The notes beneath the pieces were generated by a model. It saw only the letters and a program-made list of their open reading frames with translations, did no database searches and was not told the DNA's origin. From Octopus sinensis (Eukaryota), in NCBI RefSeq assembly GCF_006345805.1, contig NC_043003.1, forward strand, positions 54,684,001-54,748,000: a stretch of 64,000 nt of DNA, written 5' to 3'. Positions 1 to 13,404 of this stretch are shown piece after piece (the stretch's first letter is position 1; the number at the start of each line of letters is the position of its first letter). The position numbers and the translations under genes are program-made.

Positions 1-356
1 TTATTACTTGAACCTTTCTCTAGATATACAGCTACTTGAAAGTGCTCGGAATCGCAGACACTTAAAATACACGGAATTTCTAACATATAATCATATACTT
101 TGTTACTTATGCAGATGCTTCTCACAAGATATTAAACCGAAAGTCTATAAACAGTTATGTATTTGCATCCAGACCACTTGTGTATATACATAGATGCATG
201 TATGCATACATACATACATGCATACCAGCATACATCCATACATACATAGATACATACATATATATATGCAACTATACGTATATATATATAGATTTATCTA
301 CATCTATATCTCGCTCTCTCTCCGCACTATTTATCTATACCCCTCCGCATATATAT

Positions 357-359
357 ATT

Positions 360-424
<65 letters not shown>

Positions 425-666
425 CATACATATAATATATATATACATACGTATATATATATACATACGTATAATATATATATATATATTATATATATAT
501 ATATATACATACATATACATACATATACATACGTATACTCTCCCCCTTCACACACACGCGGGGCGGTATATAAATTCAAGTTTCTTTATGTATATGAAAA
601 AAAGTTAGTGTTTTATAACGTAGTAATATCAATAATAATAATAACAACAACAACAACACCAATAAC

Positions 667-723
<57 letters not shown>

Positions 724-730
724 GTTACAA
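357..730. repeat. (TA)n followed by (AAT)n microsatellites
   Basis: Direct inspection; source of the poly-YI/poly-I artefact ORFs. Confidence 0.95.
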
Positions 731-1647
731 CAACCACAACAACAGGAATAATTTTGGTAATACTAATCAATACAACAAGAGGATTAATATAACATAAGCT
801 GAAAAGAGCACAGTGAAATGTAATCCCTAAGCAATCACAATCCTGGTTTTTCACAGGAAAAAGCAAGGCCTATGAGTTGGGCCAACTCGTAAAAATCTCG
901 TAAAATCTCGTAAGATATCGTGAAATATCAAATATCAGGAAAGCTTGTATTTGTAGTGTGTGTGCTTTTATAGTAATATCATTATATCACGTAAGTATGG
1001 ATTTTATATTCTTTTTGTTTTTTTTACTCTAACATTTCTGAACGCAGCTGGATGTGTTACTTCTGCAGACTGTGGGATTTCATTTATCGAAAACGTAATT
1101 TGTGTGAAGATTATGGTTGGTGTTTATGCGCATCTGTGTATGTGTGTATGTGGTGTGTGCGTGTGATTAGCGTCATACAGTCTATTTATTTTATGTTTTG
1201 ATTCAAATTCGTATATCATTTATGGTAGATAATAAATTCAACGAAGAGAGAATAATAAAGAAACGCTATTTTTCTGCATGCCTACTCGCCTTCATATAAT
1301 CTATGCAGTATATTCTGATTCGATACTCGATACTACATATGTATATAAGCCAGTTTCGAGCCTTCATTAGTTTATCCTACACGGGCCTTAGAACTTCACA
1401 TTATCATGAATCATTACTGTTTTATGCATTTACGGGTGTGGTATCGTGGGTATTTTTAATATCAAAAACAGACGTTTTGGGTCCTTTGTTTAGATTCAGT
1501 AGCTAGAACTACCGTTGGACTTTGTATCAATAAGAAAATTTTGACATGGTTCCTCTACCTTCTGTGTATAGCGGAAAAAGACATTTTGAGCATGGGTCTA
1601 TTCATTAACAGGAACAAAAGCTAAACCGTATATAAAATATATATAAA

Positions 1648-1873
1648 GGCGGCGAGTTGGCAGAAACATTAGCACGCCGGGTGAAATGCTTATCGGTATT
1701 TCGTCTGCCGTTACGTTCTGGGTTCAAATTCCGCCGAGGTTGACTTTGCCTTTCATCCTTTCGAGGTCGATGAATTAAGTATCAGTTACCCACTGGGATC
1801 GATGTAATCGATTAATCTCTTTCTCCTTGTTTGTCCCCTCTATGTTTAGCCCCTTGTGGGCAATAAAGAAATA
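1648..1873 (+). mobile_element. tRNA-derived SINE family A
   Basis: A-box TGGCAGAAAC.., B-box GGTTCAAATTCC, body GACTTTGCCTTTCATCCTTTCG; repeated in the window. Confidence 0.85.
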
Positions 1874-2180
1874 AGGAACAAAAACTAAGCAATATGAGCA
1901 AAAACGATTTTTATTTCGTTCCTGAAGCTGCTAGAAACAGAAACCTAAATCAATCTATATATATAATATGAAGTGGGATCGTATCTTAAGTAAAAACACA
2001 TTGGATCATACATTTAAATGCAATCCGAAAAAGATGAGTCGATCAAAGCAGTAGAATATTTTTGACAAAATATTCACCTAATCGTGTGTTGTTACATGAA
2101 CAAAACCTGAACATTAGCCAGAAAGGAGGCAATAGATAATGCGACGCTAAATAACGCTGAGCAGTGATAATTATTTCAAA

Positions 2181-2386
2181 TGGTTTGCCACAAGGGCAAC
2201 TCTGGAGAGGTGAGGATGATTTGATGACATCGACCCCAGAGTTCAACTGGTACTTATTTTAGCGACCCCGAAAGTATGTAAGGCAAGATCGATCTCGGCG
2301 GAATTCGAACTCAGAATGTAGCGAAGGGTAAAATACCGCTAAGCCTCTCGTCCGGCACCGCTAATGATTCTGCCAGCTCGCCGCCT
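2181..2386 (-). mobile_element. SINE family A (variant 3' end)
   Basis: Reverse complement of the same head and body. Confidence 0.75.
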
Positions 2387-3087
2387 TCAGCGGCGAGAAT
2401 GATGAGAGGCTGAATGCCTTTGAATGTTAGGTTTCCCAGTCTTGCTACACCTGACTTTAATAATAGTAGTTTATTGTCTTTCTATATTCCAGACTTTGCT
2501 TTGTACATTCATAAGTGAGAAACTTTCGTTCAAGTTACCTTAGACGTGTAATACAAATCTTGACTTCTATAAGAGTCTCCCTCTCGTAATTTCTCTTTAT
2601 GTATGTCTATATTTTTCTGTGTGTGTGCAAATATATATATATATATATACTTTTATTCTCTTTATATGTTTCAGACCAAAGTCTGTGGCCATGCTGGAGC
2701 ATTGACTTTTGGTGAAGGGGCGAGTTCGATATAGCTGCTCTCTTGAGTTTCTTGCCGTGATATAAGGTCATCAGGCAACGAAATAGTATTTTGTTTTGCT
2801 ATTATACTATACTGCAATGTAGATTACAGTATTGCAAGTCAATATTGTCTCTCCCTTTCATTTGGCAGTGCAATGTTCTGTCTTTTAAGTTTACCTTTAT
2901 ACATTCTCTATTCAAATCAGAGCCAGCACTGCAAACTGCAACGTTGTGTAACCGAATGCGTCTATGTAAAGTGTGCGACCGAGAGGATAGCAAAAGCAGG
3001 TAATGGTTTTATACACATTACACATTACACCGAATTCTTGATGTTTTATCAACAACACAGAAAGACCATAAGCTACCCATATATATA

Positions 3088-3123
<36 letters not shown>

Positions 3124-3780
3124 TGTATGTATGTATATATCTATGTATATATACACACACAGACGGACGATGATATACTCAGCAGAATTTATTCAATCAT
3201 TTGCTTTTTTAATGGTATTAATAATTGGTGTCTGGTTATTTTAAAACACCGCTTTCGTGTTGAGACATCGATCTCATTATATTCCGTTCTCCTTCCGGCG
3301 TTATGTATATTTATATGCAGAAACTAAGCTTTAAATATTTAAAGTATGATCTCTCAAAACGACACACCAATCTTTCCTGATCAAACGTTAACATTCTTCA
3401 AAAGTTTTTAACTAAACATTATTTATAACATTTTCTAACCTCAACCTACATTTCAAACTACTTTATAGTATGTTAGTGCTTATTAAAATTCAAACTTGAA
3501 CCAGCCACATTCTGAGAAAATTGTTAAAAGATTTTATATGCACAAAAACACACATATAGACCTGATTATACACAGCGGCAAAAATCCCACAAGCAGAATC
3601 ACCTCGTTGATTAATGCACCTACTCAAGACGTACATACTCAAGACGTACATACGCCTACATGTAATATATAAATATAAATATATATATAAATATATATAA
3701 TTATAAGTGTAAGCATACTTATCTCTTTATACATATGCGCATGTGTTGACGCATGAAATGTTTAGATAGCCATAGATTGC

Positions 3781-3826
<46 letters not shown>

Positions 3827-4525
3827 CATACATAATACATTCACATACACACATATGCATTTATGAAAAATGTATGTGCGTACATACATATATATATATG
3901 TATATATATTATTTGCACATGAAATTTTCTATCTTGATGTCTACGTATGTGTGTGTGTGTGTTTGTTTGTGTGTGCGCGTGCGTGCATGTGTGTTTGTGT
4001 GTGTCTATGCACATTTATGTATTATATATCTATATTATAAAAATACATTTTATCAAAAGAAATTTCCAGATGAAAAGATATTGAAGTTTTCTTCAATGGT
4101 TTAGTTAGAAAATATTTTCTTTAGTATTCGTTATTTTAATAGAATTGTATTATTTTAATAAGCTTTAGCATTTATCAATAATAAAGCTACTACCTATTAA
4201 TCAATCAACCTAACTTCATATAATGATAGAAATACACCATTCGCGTGTCACATGCTGGTACATACGACCACACACGCCCACATACTTCGAGTTTGAAATC
4301 CGAAATGTGAGGAGTAAAAGAATGACTTAAGAAGCATATAAATACTATTTATCTCCAGTTAGGTATCGAGCAGTCTTTTTTTTTTTTCGACAGTCAAATA
4401 CCACTCGTGTATATCAAATATACGAACGTAATCATGCATGCAGACAAACGCACACATTTTAATATAATAAACCCCATGTACAAAATAATAATAATAATAA
4501 TGATAATAATAATAATAATAATAAT

Positions 4526-4975
4526 CTACAGCAAATATTCTGCTCAATACCACAGATTTGCTTGTCAGTTGTTTGACCTTAACCAGTTGAGCATGTCCCT
4601 TAGTGGCTGACGATATGTGCATCTCTGATCACGAGCAGAAGTAGTGGGGGAGCATCATGGCCATGTGTTGAGAGGGATTCTTTGGAGTTTGAATGGTTCA
4701 CCTCTGGAAACATAGGTGTTTCGTTCAACATCCTAAAGCAACCCTTATTCAGGGACCGTTTGAGCGGGATGGGCTACTCAACCTGAAGAAATTCTAACTG
4801 GGCCCCACCTGCAAGGTCATGTGGTTTATCTTGATATGAGATCACATGTCGCGCACATATGGTTGTGATGCATGTGCCTGGTGTACCTTTATCAGACGGG
4901 TAGTCATGATGGGTATATTGGGCTTCGTATATTTTACCCCAGTGTTCACTTTGATGGCATGAAACCCTCTCACTC
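4526..4975 (+). mobile_element. Element X copy (5'-truncated), TAA-embedded non-coding retroposon
   Basis: High identity to the other five copies; same 3' end ..ctctcactc(AAT)n. Confidence 0.8.
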
Positions 4976-5013
4976 AATAATAATAACAATATAATAATAA
5001 TAATAATAATAAT

Positions 5014-5551
5014 TGTGTGAAACGTGGGGGCTAAAGCGAGGCAAGAAATGGTGTGAGCACAAACCAGAGAGAGAGGCAGAGTCGGAGAGTAGCAAAATCT
5101 TGTGGGATTATCCCAATCCAAACAGATGAGGTGCTAGAGCAGAACAAATAGGACCTAGTGGTGCTAGACAAGGTGCATCTCTTATGCTATACAGTTGATG
5201 CTACCTGCCCCTTTGATCCAGGAATATTCAAGAAAGAAGGTGAAAAGACAGCTAGATACAAGCTTCTTAACACGAAATAGCCCGGTTATAGAAAATGAGG
5301 AAGGTAAAGATAGTGCCAATTATTGTTCGGGTCCTTGGGAAGAGTATGAAAAGGCAGCAAGAGAAATATAATTGGAAAGTGGAATAGAATGCCCAGTAGA
5401 ACTGTTGGAAAGGGTTTGTTTCCTTGGAACGGCCAGAATAATCAGGAAAGTATTAGATAGTTGAAAAGAATAAATAGCATGGTACCGAAGGCTTAAACTC
5501 GCTACACATTCAAGACTCCAGGATCTCCAACAAAACCTGTCATAAATAGAA

Positions 5552-5552
<1 letters not shown>
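5014..5552 (+). mobile_element. R4/Dong-clade RLE LINE, 3' fragment (lineage B), decayed
   Basis: Degenerate KILWDYPIQTDEVLEQ..DLVVLDK..VDATCPFD and ..FLGTARIIRKVLDS*; ends in a (TAA)n tail. Confidence 0.8.
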
Positions 5553-5623
<71 letters not shown>

Positions 5624-5644
5624 TGATGATGATGATGATGATGA

Positions 5645-5677
<33 letters not shown>

Positions 5678-5699
5678 AACGATGATGATGATGTTGCTG

Positions 5700-5751
<52 letters not shown>

Positions 5752-5754
<3 letters not shown>

Positions 5755-6410
5755 CTCTCCCAAAGTAAGGAAATCTTGTTAATGTCAGTTAGGAATAAGG
5801 GGGTATTGAAAGTAGAGGAAAAAGGACAAACAAAGAAAGAAGTACAAAGAGATATGAAAAATCATTACGCAACGGGAGACGACACAATCGATTCCATGTA
5901 TCCACAATTGAAGTTTCCTGAAAACATAGCTGGGATTGGCTGAAGAAAGAGACACTGAACAAAGTGATTCAGAGCTGTATGCTGGCAGTGAAGACTAAGC
6001 TTTGGCCACAAATTGGAGGGTCAACCTTTGGAATGAACAAGTGTCTCCGCTGTGCCGCCTCTGTAACAGAGTGAAGGAAACCATTCCTATGTCGCAAACG
6101 AATGCCCTAAACTTGCCCCAAACCATTACAAGTTGTGGCGACACGATGAGGTAGCCAAAGTGTGCAAAAAGTGGAGGCTAGAAAGAGACAAGATGTGGTA
6201 TGAGCACAAACCGCAGGGAGGGCGGAGTTGAAGACTTGCAAAAATCCCCTGGGATATCCCAATCAAAACAGATCAAGTGCTAGGGTATAACAGACAGGAC
6301 CTAGTGGTGGATCGACAAGATGCACAACATGTGCTATACAGCTCATGTAGCGTGCCTATTTGACTTACGAATAGTCAAGACGGAAGGCGAAAAAATAGAT
6401 GCATACAATC
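5752..6410 (+). mobile_element. R4/Dong-clade LINE fragment (lineage B): CCHC knuckle and RLE region, decayed
   Basis: SWDWLKK..., SPLCRLCNRVKET..., CPKLA..HYKLWRHDEVAK, with frameshifts; starts right after a (TAA)n tract. Confidence 0.7.
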
Positions 6411-7416
6411 CAATACTATATTTCTTAGTTGGTTTAGTCGAAAATAAAGTTGTTATACATTGGGATTTAGATACAAATTTATGATGGGTTCATAAATAGG
6501 AAATAGAGTAGAATTCCTGTCTAGAAGAGAAGCAACTCTTAGTTTTCAATTAGAACAAGGATTTGAATGCACACGGAGCTCCGAAATATATTTCTGAGCT
6601 TCTGCGCCGGAAATCCGAAACTAAGAGAAAGGAAAACATTTTTTTGTATTGAATAGTTTTAATATCCATATTCCTACACATGTTTCATAGGGGTGGGGAA
6701 ATAACAGGAGAAGTGACATCCTTTCTATTTATGCTTGTAGAATACTTTCGCACAAAAGCTCACTCATAATCCATCCTTTAAATATACTCATCCATATATA
6801 TATATAGATATAATAAATTGTGTGTAAGGGAGAAGGGAGAACGAGGTGATAACTAATGGAAAAACAAACGGAGTGATGCTATAAACACGGAAAGTTGCAT
6901 GAGAAGGATCCTGAAAAGAAACTTGAAAATCCGGACCTCTTAGGAGAAACAGGTTGGAGAAACTACAATTGCACAACTCAAAGTTTAAAAAAAACATACG
7001 AATATTATGTCTAATGATAGGTTTTCAAAGAGTGTATTAGGTAATGATAAGACTTTAGAAGTGTTGAATTTGAGAATGGATTTTCTCTCGTATATGCAAA
7101 GAACGAAGTAATACGTAAATATCTTTTCAGCATGTTCCTTAGAGTTGGTCTTTAATCTATTATGCTTTGGTAGCATCCCTGCTAACCATTTCGGTATATT
7201 TTGGATTTTCGGAAGTGTTCTAATTGTTGTCAAACCATATCGACTTTCTAAGAACTTTTGCGCATGTTTTCAATATTTTAGAAAGGGGCATTGCATTTGT
7301 AGGAAATCCACTTGAAGTATTCAATGTGAAGATACACACATGCACGTGCACCCCTGTGCATGTATGCATATATATAAATCAATATCCATATCTGTATATA
7401 AATATAAATATATATG

Positions 7417-7447
<31 letters not shown>

Positions 7448-7693
7448 ATGTATGTATGTATGTATGTATGTATGTATGTATGTATGTATGTACACATATA
7501 CATACACCAATATACTTACATACATATGCACAGTGAGATTTATGCCTCACTAAATTTTGTTGCCACTTGCCCAACACATTTACAATAGAATTTGGTTGAT
7601 GGAAACTGTAGGTGATCCGATTGTATGTAAGTATGGGAATACTGAGAATATTGGGAATATATATATATATATAGGGAATACTGAGAATATTGG

Positions 7694-7729
<36 letters not shown>

Positions 7730-8646
7730 GCACACACACATATAAAATATTAACATGCGTGTATGTATACATATATATTTATATTCATACATATATATGT
7801 ATATAAATAAGTAGATGATGATGATGATGATGATGATAAGCAGAAAAATTTTAATAATATTACGTATATTTTTCAATGATGTTGACGTATATTTGTGAAG
7901 CATAAAAAGTCAGCAGGAAAACAGAAAAAAAAAAACATCACAACTTGCATATGACGTCGCTTTGTGATATTTCTTGTGCACACGAATTAGTTATATTTCC
8001 TTCCTACACTCCAGGTAAAAATTCAGTGAATGACTTAGTTTCCAGTTGTAATGCTGAAACCATCGGCGCTCTCGTTACCCAATACAAATATAAACTTAAT
8101 GCAGCACATTCATAGCATAGACAGTTCTGTTCTTGATATGTACACGAAATCTGTGCCTGGGTTTTACACAATGACTTCACTGTATTTACAGAGTGTTTAA
8201 GTGTTTATCTTTTCACAAGCATTCGGACGACAGCAATCGTCTGCGCACAGAAAACCCCTTACCTTCCTATGTTGCTTATTAGTGAAGCAGTTCATGCTGT
8301 AATTTCTTCCTCAGGTACCCGTTTTTGTACTAATAAAATTTATACAAAATTTTAATCTATCTATCTGTCTGCCTGCCTGTCTGTCTCTCTATCTTTGTAT
8401 GTATATAGATAGATAGATAAATAGAAAGGAAGATATACATGTATATCTATATGTGTGTCAGTGTGTATCAATATTTGTCCCTCCACCACTGCTTGACAAC
8501 CGGTGTTGGTGTGTTTGTGTACCTGTAACTTAGCAGTTTGGCAAAAGAGGACGATAGGAAATGTACGAAGATTAAAAAAAGCATAGCTGCATTCTCAAGA
8601 CTAAAACATATAAGGGATAATATATATATATATATATATAGTCACA

Positions 8647-8824
8647 GGCGTGGCTGTGTGGTAAGAAACTTGCTTCCCAATGACATAGTTCCAGGTTCAG
8701 TTCCACTGCGTGGCACCGTGGGTAGGAGGTCTCATCTATAGTCGCGGGCCGACCAAAGATTTGTGAGTATATTTGGTAGGCGGACACTTAAAGAATCCTG
8801 TCGTATATATATATATATATATAT

Positions 8825-8857
<33 letters not shown>

Positions 8858-9090
8858 TTGTTTGTATATATATATATTTGTTTGTATGTGTGTGTGCGTG
8901 TGTGTTTGTGACACCCACCGCTTGACAACAGGTGTTGGTATATTTACGCTACCATAACTTAGAGGTTTGTCAAAAGAGACCGATAGAATAAGTACTTAGC
9001 TTTAAAAAAAGTCCTGCGGTCGATTTATTCGACAAAATGCCGTGCTCCAGTATGGCCGCAGTCAAAAGAAATGAAACAGGTAAATGAATA
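8647..9090 (+). mobile_element. tRNA-derived SINE family B (CORE-like) with internal (TA)n(TG)n
   Basis: GGCGTGGCTGTGTGGTAAG head, GGTTCAGTTCC B-box, conserved tail CTTAG..GGCAAAAGAGACCGATAGAATAAGTAC. Confidence 0.8.
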
Positions 9091-9235
9091 TCTGAAACGG
9101 AATCATTTATTTAGACACTGGAACTTCTAAAATATACCTACAATAAAACCGAACATCTAATTAAAAGGAACATCTAATTATTTCTCATATTGAGTATTAT
9201 ACGTACGTGTTGTCGATCAAGATATACTATACTTA

Positions 9236-9665
9236 GGCGGTGAGCTGGCAGAAACGTTAGCACGCCGGGCGAAATGCTCAGCGGTATTTCGTCTGCCGCT
9301 ACGTTCTGAGTTCAAATTCCGCCGAGGTCGACTTTGCCTTTCATCCTTTCGGAGTCGATAAATTAAGTACCAGTTACGCACTGGATTCGATGTATTCAAC
9401 TTAATCCCTTTATCTGTCCTTGTTAGCCCCCTCTATGTTTTTAGCCCCTTGTGGGCAATAAAGCAATAAGAAACGTTGGCACGCCAGCTGAATTGCTTGA
9501 CGGTATTTTGTGTCTTTATGCTCTCAGTTCAAACTCCATCGAGGTCGACTTTGCCTTTTCTCCTTTCGAGGTCGATAAAATAAATACCAGTTGAGCACTA
9601 GGGTATATCTAATCGGCTGGCCCCCTCCCTCAAAATTTCGGGTCTTGTGCCTAGAGAAGAAAAGA
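9236..9665 (+). mobile_element. Two tandem SINE family A copies (9236-9468, 9469-9665)
   Basis: Full copy followed directly by a diverged variant copy. Confidence 0.8.
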
Positions 9666-10108
9666 TATACTATGCTTGAACATAATGCTCTTTGAGGTTT
9701 GTTCAGTGGGTAAAGAAAAGCAAAGAATTCCTGAAGAATATTCAACACCAAGAAGAACAAGTTTTTGTAATAAAACGGAATGAACTTCGTCCCAGACACG
9801 TCCCTAAATTGCTGAAATTTCTCAATTACTTGGAGTGAAAACAAATGAATTGTTGAACCAATGTATTTGCGATCAAGTGCGTGGAGGAATAAACAAGCAT
9901 TCCGAATATATAAATGACATTGGAAACAAACAGAAAAATTGAACAAACAAATTCAATGGAAAATAGATTTCATATTATAAATATTTTTTTATCTGCAGTT
10001 AATCTCTCTTCATATATTTTCCACATTAAAAATTTACTCCTCGTTTAGACGTGTTTTTTGGTACACACATACATACCTATATACATATGCATGTACATAC
10101 ATACATGC

Positions 10109-10142
<34 letters not shown>

Positions 10143-11170
10143 GTATATACACACAAACGCACATATATATTATATTATATATGCATATATAGATGTATAT
10201 ATATGTGTATGTATGTACATAAATAAATATATACGTATATGTATTCACAGATAAACACGCATATATACATATATACATACATATACACACACACACACTC
10301 ACACACATATATATACATATATATAAGTATGTATGAGTATGCATATATATACACACATTTAAATTTATGTATGTATATGTATTTGTATATACACCTAAAT
10401 AATACAAACACATACATTCATACTTCCACTCACATATTTCTATATGCACCTCTCTGTGTGTGCACACCAATACATACCCAAGTGTATACACTTTATATAC
10501 TTTCCAACAGACGTATGATCTCAGCCACATACACACACATACTCAAATATATATTAAAATTGTATATTTAATCTAAGTTTATCAGATATGTATAAACATA
10601 AACATAACTTTGTTTTGGCAATGTTTACCATAATAAAGTTTATTTGTTGGATTAGAATTTAATCTTGGTTTCAAATTGATGTTGAAGCAGGTTATATAAG
10701 TGTTGTTGCAGTCGCCGTCATCGTCATCATTGCTGTAATTGGTTAGCACAAGGTCGTGCCAAAACAAGACAACTCCATGTGTTTGCTCAGAAATGTGCAA
10801 ATAATTTATTTTCTTAACATGGGAGGTTTTAGCCGCTAATTTCTGCTGGGACAGAGATAACACAAAAGCTCTAACACTTAATTTAATAGATCCCTTCCTG
10901 GCTTTTGTAAATGTTGTTTTTGTTGTTGTTAAATTCCGAAATTCATAAACGCATGCTTCGCAACTATGTTCTAGTGTCATTATCATAGAAGCATATATAG
11001 CAATACATTAGCCCTTATCTAGTTCAGATCATGTACTGTTTTCCAAGGATGACAAGGGTCGCTATAACAGAAAAAACTTCTCCTAAGAAGCGCCTGAGCC
11101 TTTCAGATAATTGTAATGTGGAAAGAGACTACGGAATCTACGTAGCTTGCGTTGATATTCTGTTTGTCGT

Positions 11171-11834
11171 CACTGGCTCTCATGACTTCTGATCTTAACT
11201 GATTGGAAATGTCATCATGCACATGTTATGTCTTGGTGTAAAAGATGGTCAACTGCAAATATTCTGCTCAATGCCACAATGCTCTGATGCAATACCAGGC
11301 GGTGGCTCTCATGGGTTCTAATCTTAACTGATTGGAAGTGTTATCATGTGTATGTTTTGTCTTGGTGTAAAAGATGGGCAACAGCAAATGTTCTGCTCAA
11401 TACCACAATTTTGCTTGTCAGTTGCTTGAAGAACTTAAACATTTGAGTATGTCTCTTAGAGGGTGATGGTATGTGCATCTCTGAGCACGAGTATATGTAG
11501 TGGGGGAGCATCATAGCCATGTTCTGAGAGAACTGCTATAGGATTTGAATTCACCTTTCGAAACATGGGTACTTTGTTCAACATCCTTAAACAATCCTTA
11601 TTAATGGACCTTTTGAGCAAGATGGACTACTCGACGTGAAGAAAAATTCTAACTGGGCCCCACCTGCAAGGTCATGCGTTATTTGTCTTGATATGATATC
11701 ACCATTTCGCGGACATATGTTTGTGATGCATGTGCCTGGTGTACTTTTATCAGACGGGTAGTCATGATGGCTATACTGGGGTTCGTATACTTTACCCCAG
11801 TATCACTTTGGTGGCATACGCTACTCTCTCACTC
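11171..11834 (+). mobile_element. Element X, diverged copy with a partial 5' tandem duplication
   Basis: 11171-11277 repeats about the first 110 nt of X; a full copy restarts at 11278; 3' end ..ctctcactc followed by (AAT)n. Confidence 0.75.
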
Positions 11835-11835
11835 G

Positions 11836-11877
<42 letters not shown>

Positions 11878-11928
11878 GTAGTAGTAATAATAATAGTAAT
11901 AATAATAATAATAATAATTGTAATAGTA

Positions 11929-11992
<64 letters not shown>

Positions 11993-12077
11993 TGATGATG
12001 ATAATAATAATAATAATAACAATAACCATTTGAGTATGTCTCTTAGAGGCTGAGGGTATGTTCATCTCTGAGCACGT

Positions 12078-12503
12078 ATCTGTCAAGACCTACCAAAAAC
12101 TGAGCAAATATAAAGATCTTGAAATAGAAATCAGCAAAATGTAGAACCTGAAGACTAAAAGAATACCTCTTGTCATAGGTGCCTTGGGAATGATAGCAAA
12201 AGGGGCTGATTGCTACATAACTCAGATACCAGGAAACCCCAAAATGACAGAAATTCAAAAGATAGTGCTTATGGTAACTGTTCATATACTACGCAAAATA
12301 CTTTCTATGTAACCTCAAGTTTTAAAACAAACATAATTTTAGTATGTTTTTTTTAGACATTCACTAGTACAACACTAAATACAAAACCAAATATATGGCA
12401 CACTAGGCATAACAACAACATGAACGTCCAATCTGTTGTCTCTTGAGGTCTCTGGGTGAGACTTGGAGCCAACTTGTACAAATGTAAAAAAAAGTCGAAT
12501 ATA

Positions 12504-12504
<1 letters not shown>
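12078..12504 (+). mobile_element. R4/Dong LINE 3' fragment (lineage C)
   Basis: QKLSKYKDLEIEISKM*NLKTKRIPLVIGALGMI..., then 3' UTR and (TAA)n. Confidence 0.8.
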
Positions 12505-12570
<66 letters not shown>

Positions 12571-12586
12571 TGTAATAATATTAATA

Positions 12587-12624
<38 letters not shown>

Positions 12625-12682
12625 TGTAATAATAATAATAATAATTGTTATAATAATAATAATAATTGTTATAATAATAATA

Positions 12683-12788
<106 letters not shown>

Positions 12789-13330
12789 TACCAGGCAGTG
12801 GCTCTCATGGCTTCTGGTCTTAACTGATTGGAAGTTTTATCATGTACATTGTTTTGTCTTGGTATAAAAGATGGGCTACAGCAAATATTCTGCTCAATAC
12901 CACAGATTTGCTTGTCAGTTGTTTGACCTTAACCAGTTGAGCATGTCCCTTAGTGGCTGACGAAATGTGCATCTCTGATCACGAGCAGAAGTAGTGGGGG
13001 AGCATCATAGCCATGTGTTGAGAGGGATTCTTTGGGGTTTGAATAATTCACTTCTGGAAACATGGGTGGTTCTTTCAACGTCCTTAAGCAACCCTTATTC
13101 AGGAACCTTTTGAGCGGTATGGGCTACTCAACCTGAAGAAAATTCTAACTGGGCCCCACCTGCAAGGTCATGTGCTGTTTATCTTGATATGTGATCACCA
13201 TGTCGCGCACATATGGTTGTGATGCATGTGCCTGGTGTACCCTTATCCGACGGGTAGTCATGATGGGTATATTGGGCTTCGTATATTTTACCCCAGTGTC
13301 ACTTTGATGGCATGAACTGCTCTCTCACTC
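12789..13330 (+). mobile_element. Element X copy
   Basis: Near-full copy between two (AAT)n tracts. Confidence 0.85.
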
Positions 13331-13398
<68 letters not shown>

Positions 13399-13404
13399 TA
13401 ATAA

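Noticed and set aside
8-866. Long ORFs of YI/IY/poly-I/poly-L type here and throughout the track
   Set aside because: Translations of (TA)n, (TG)n, (TAA)n microsatellites; no codon or domain signal.
2917-2999. Cys-rich candidate exon ending aaagcag|gtaatg
   Set aside because: No recognisable protein in any frame and no neighbouring compatible exons.
9680-9946. - strand NVIYI...RKYIGST as a GIY-YIG remnant
   Set aside because: Needs a frameshift, and no downstream conserved R/E/N motifs were recognisable.
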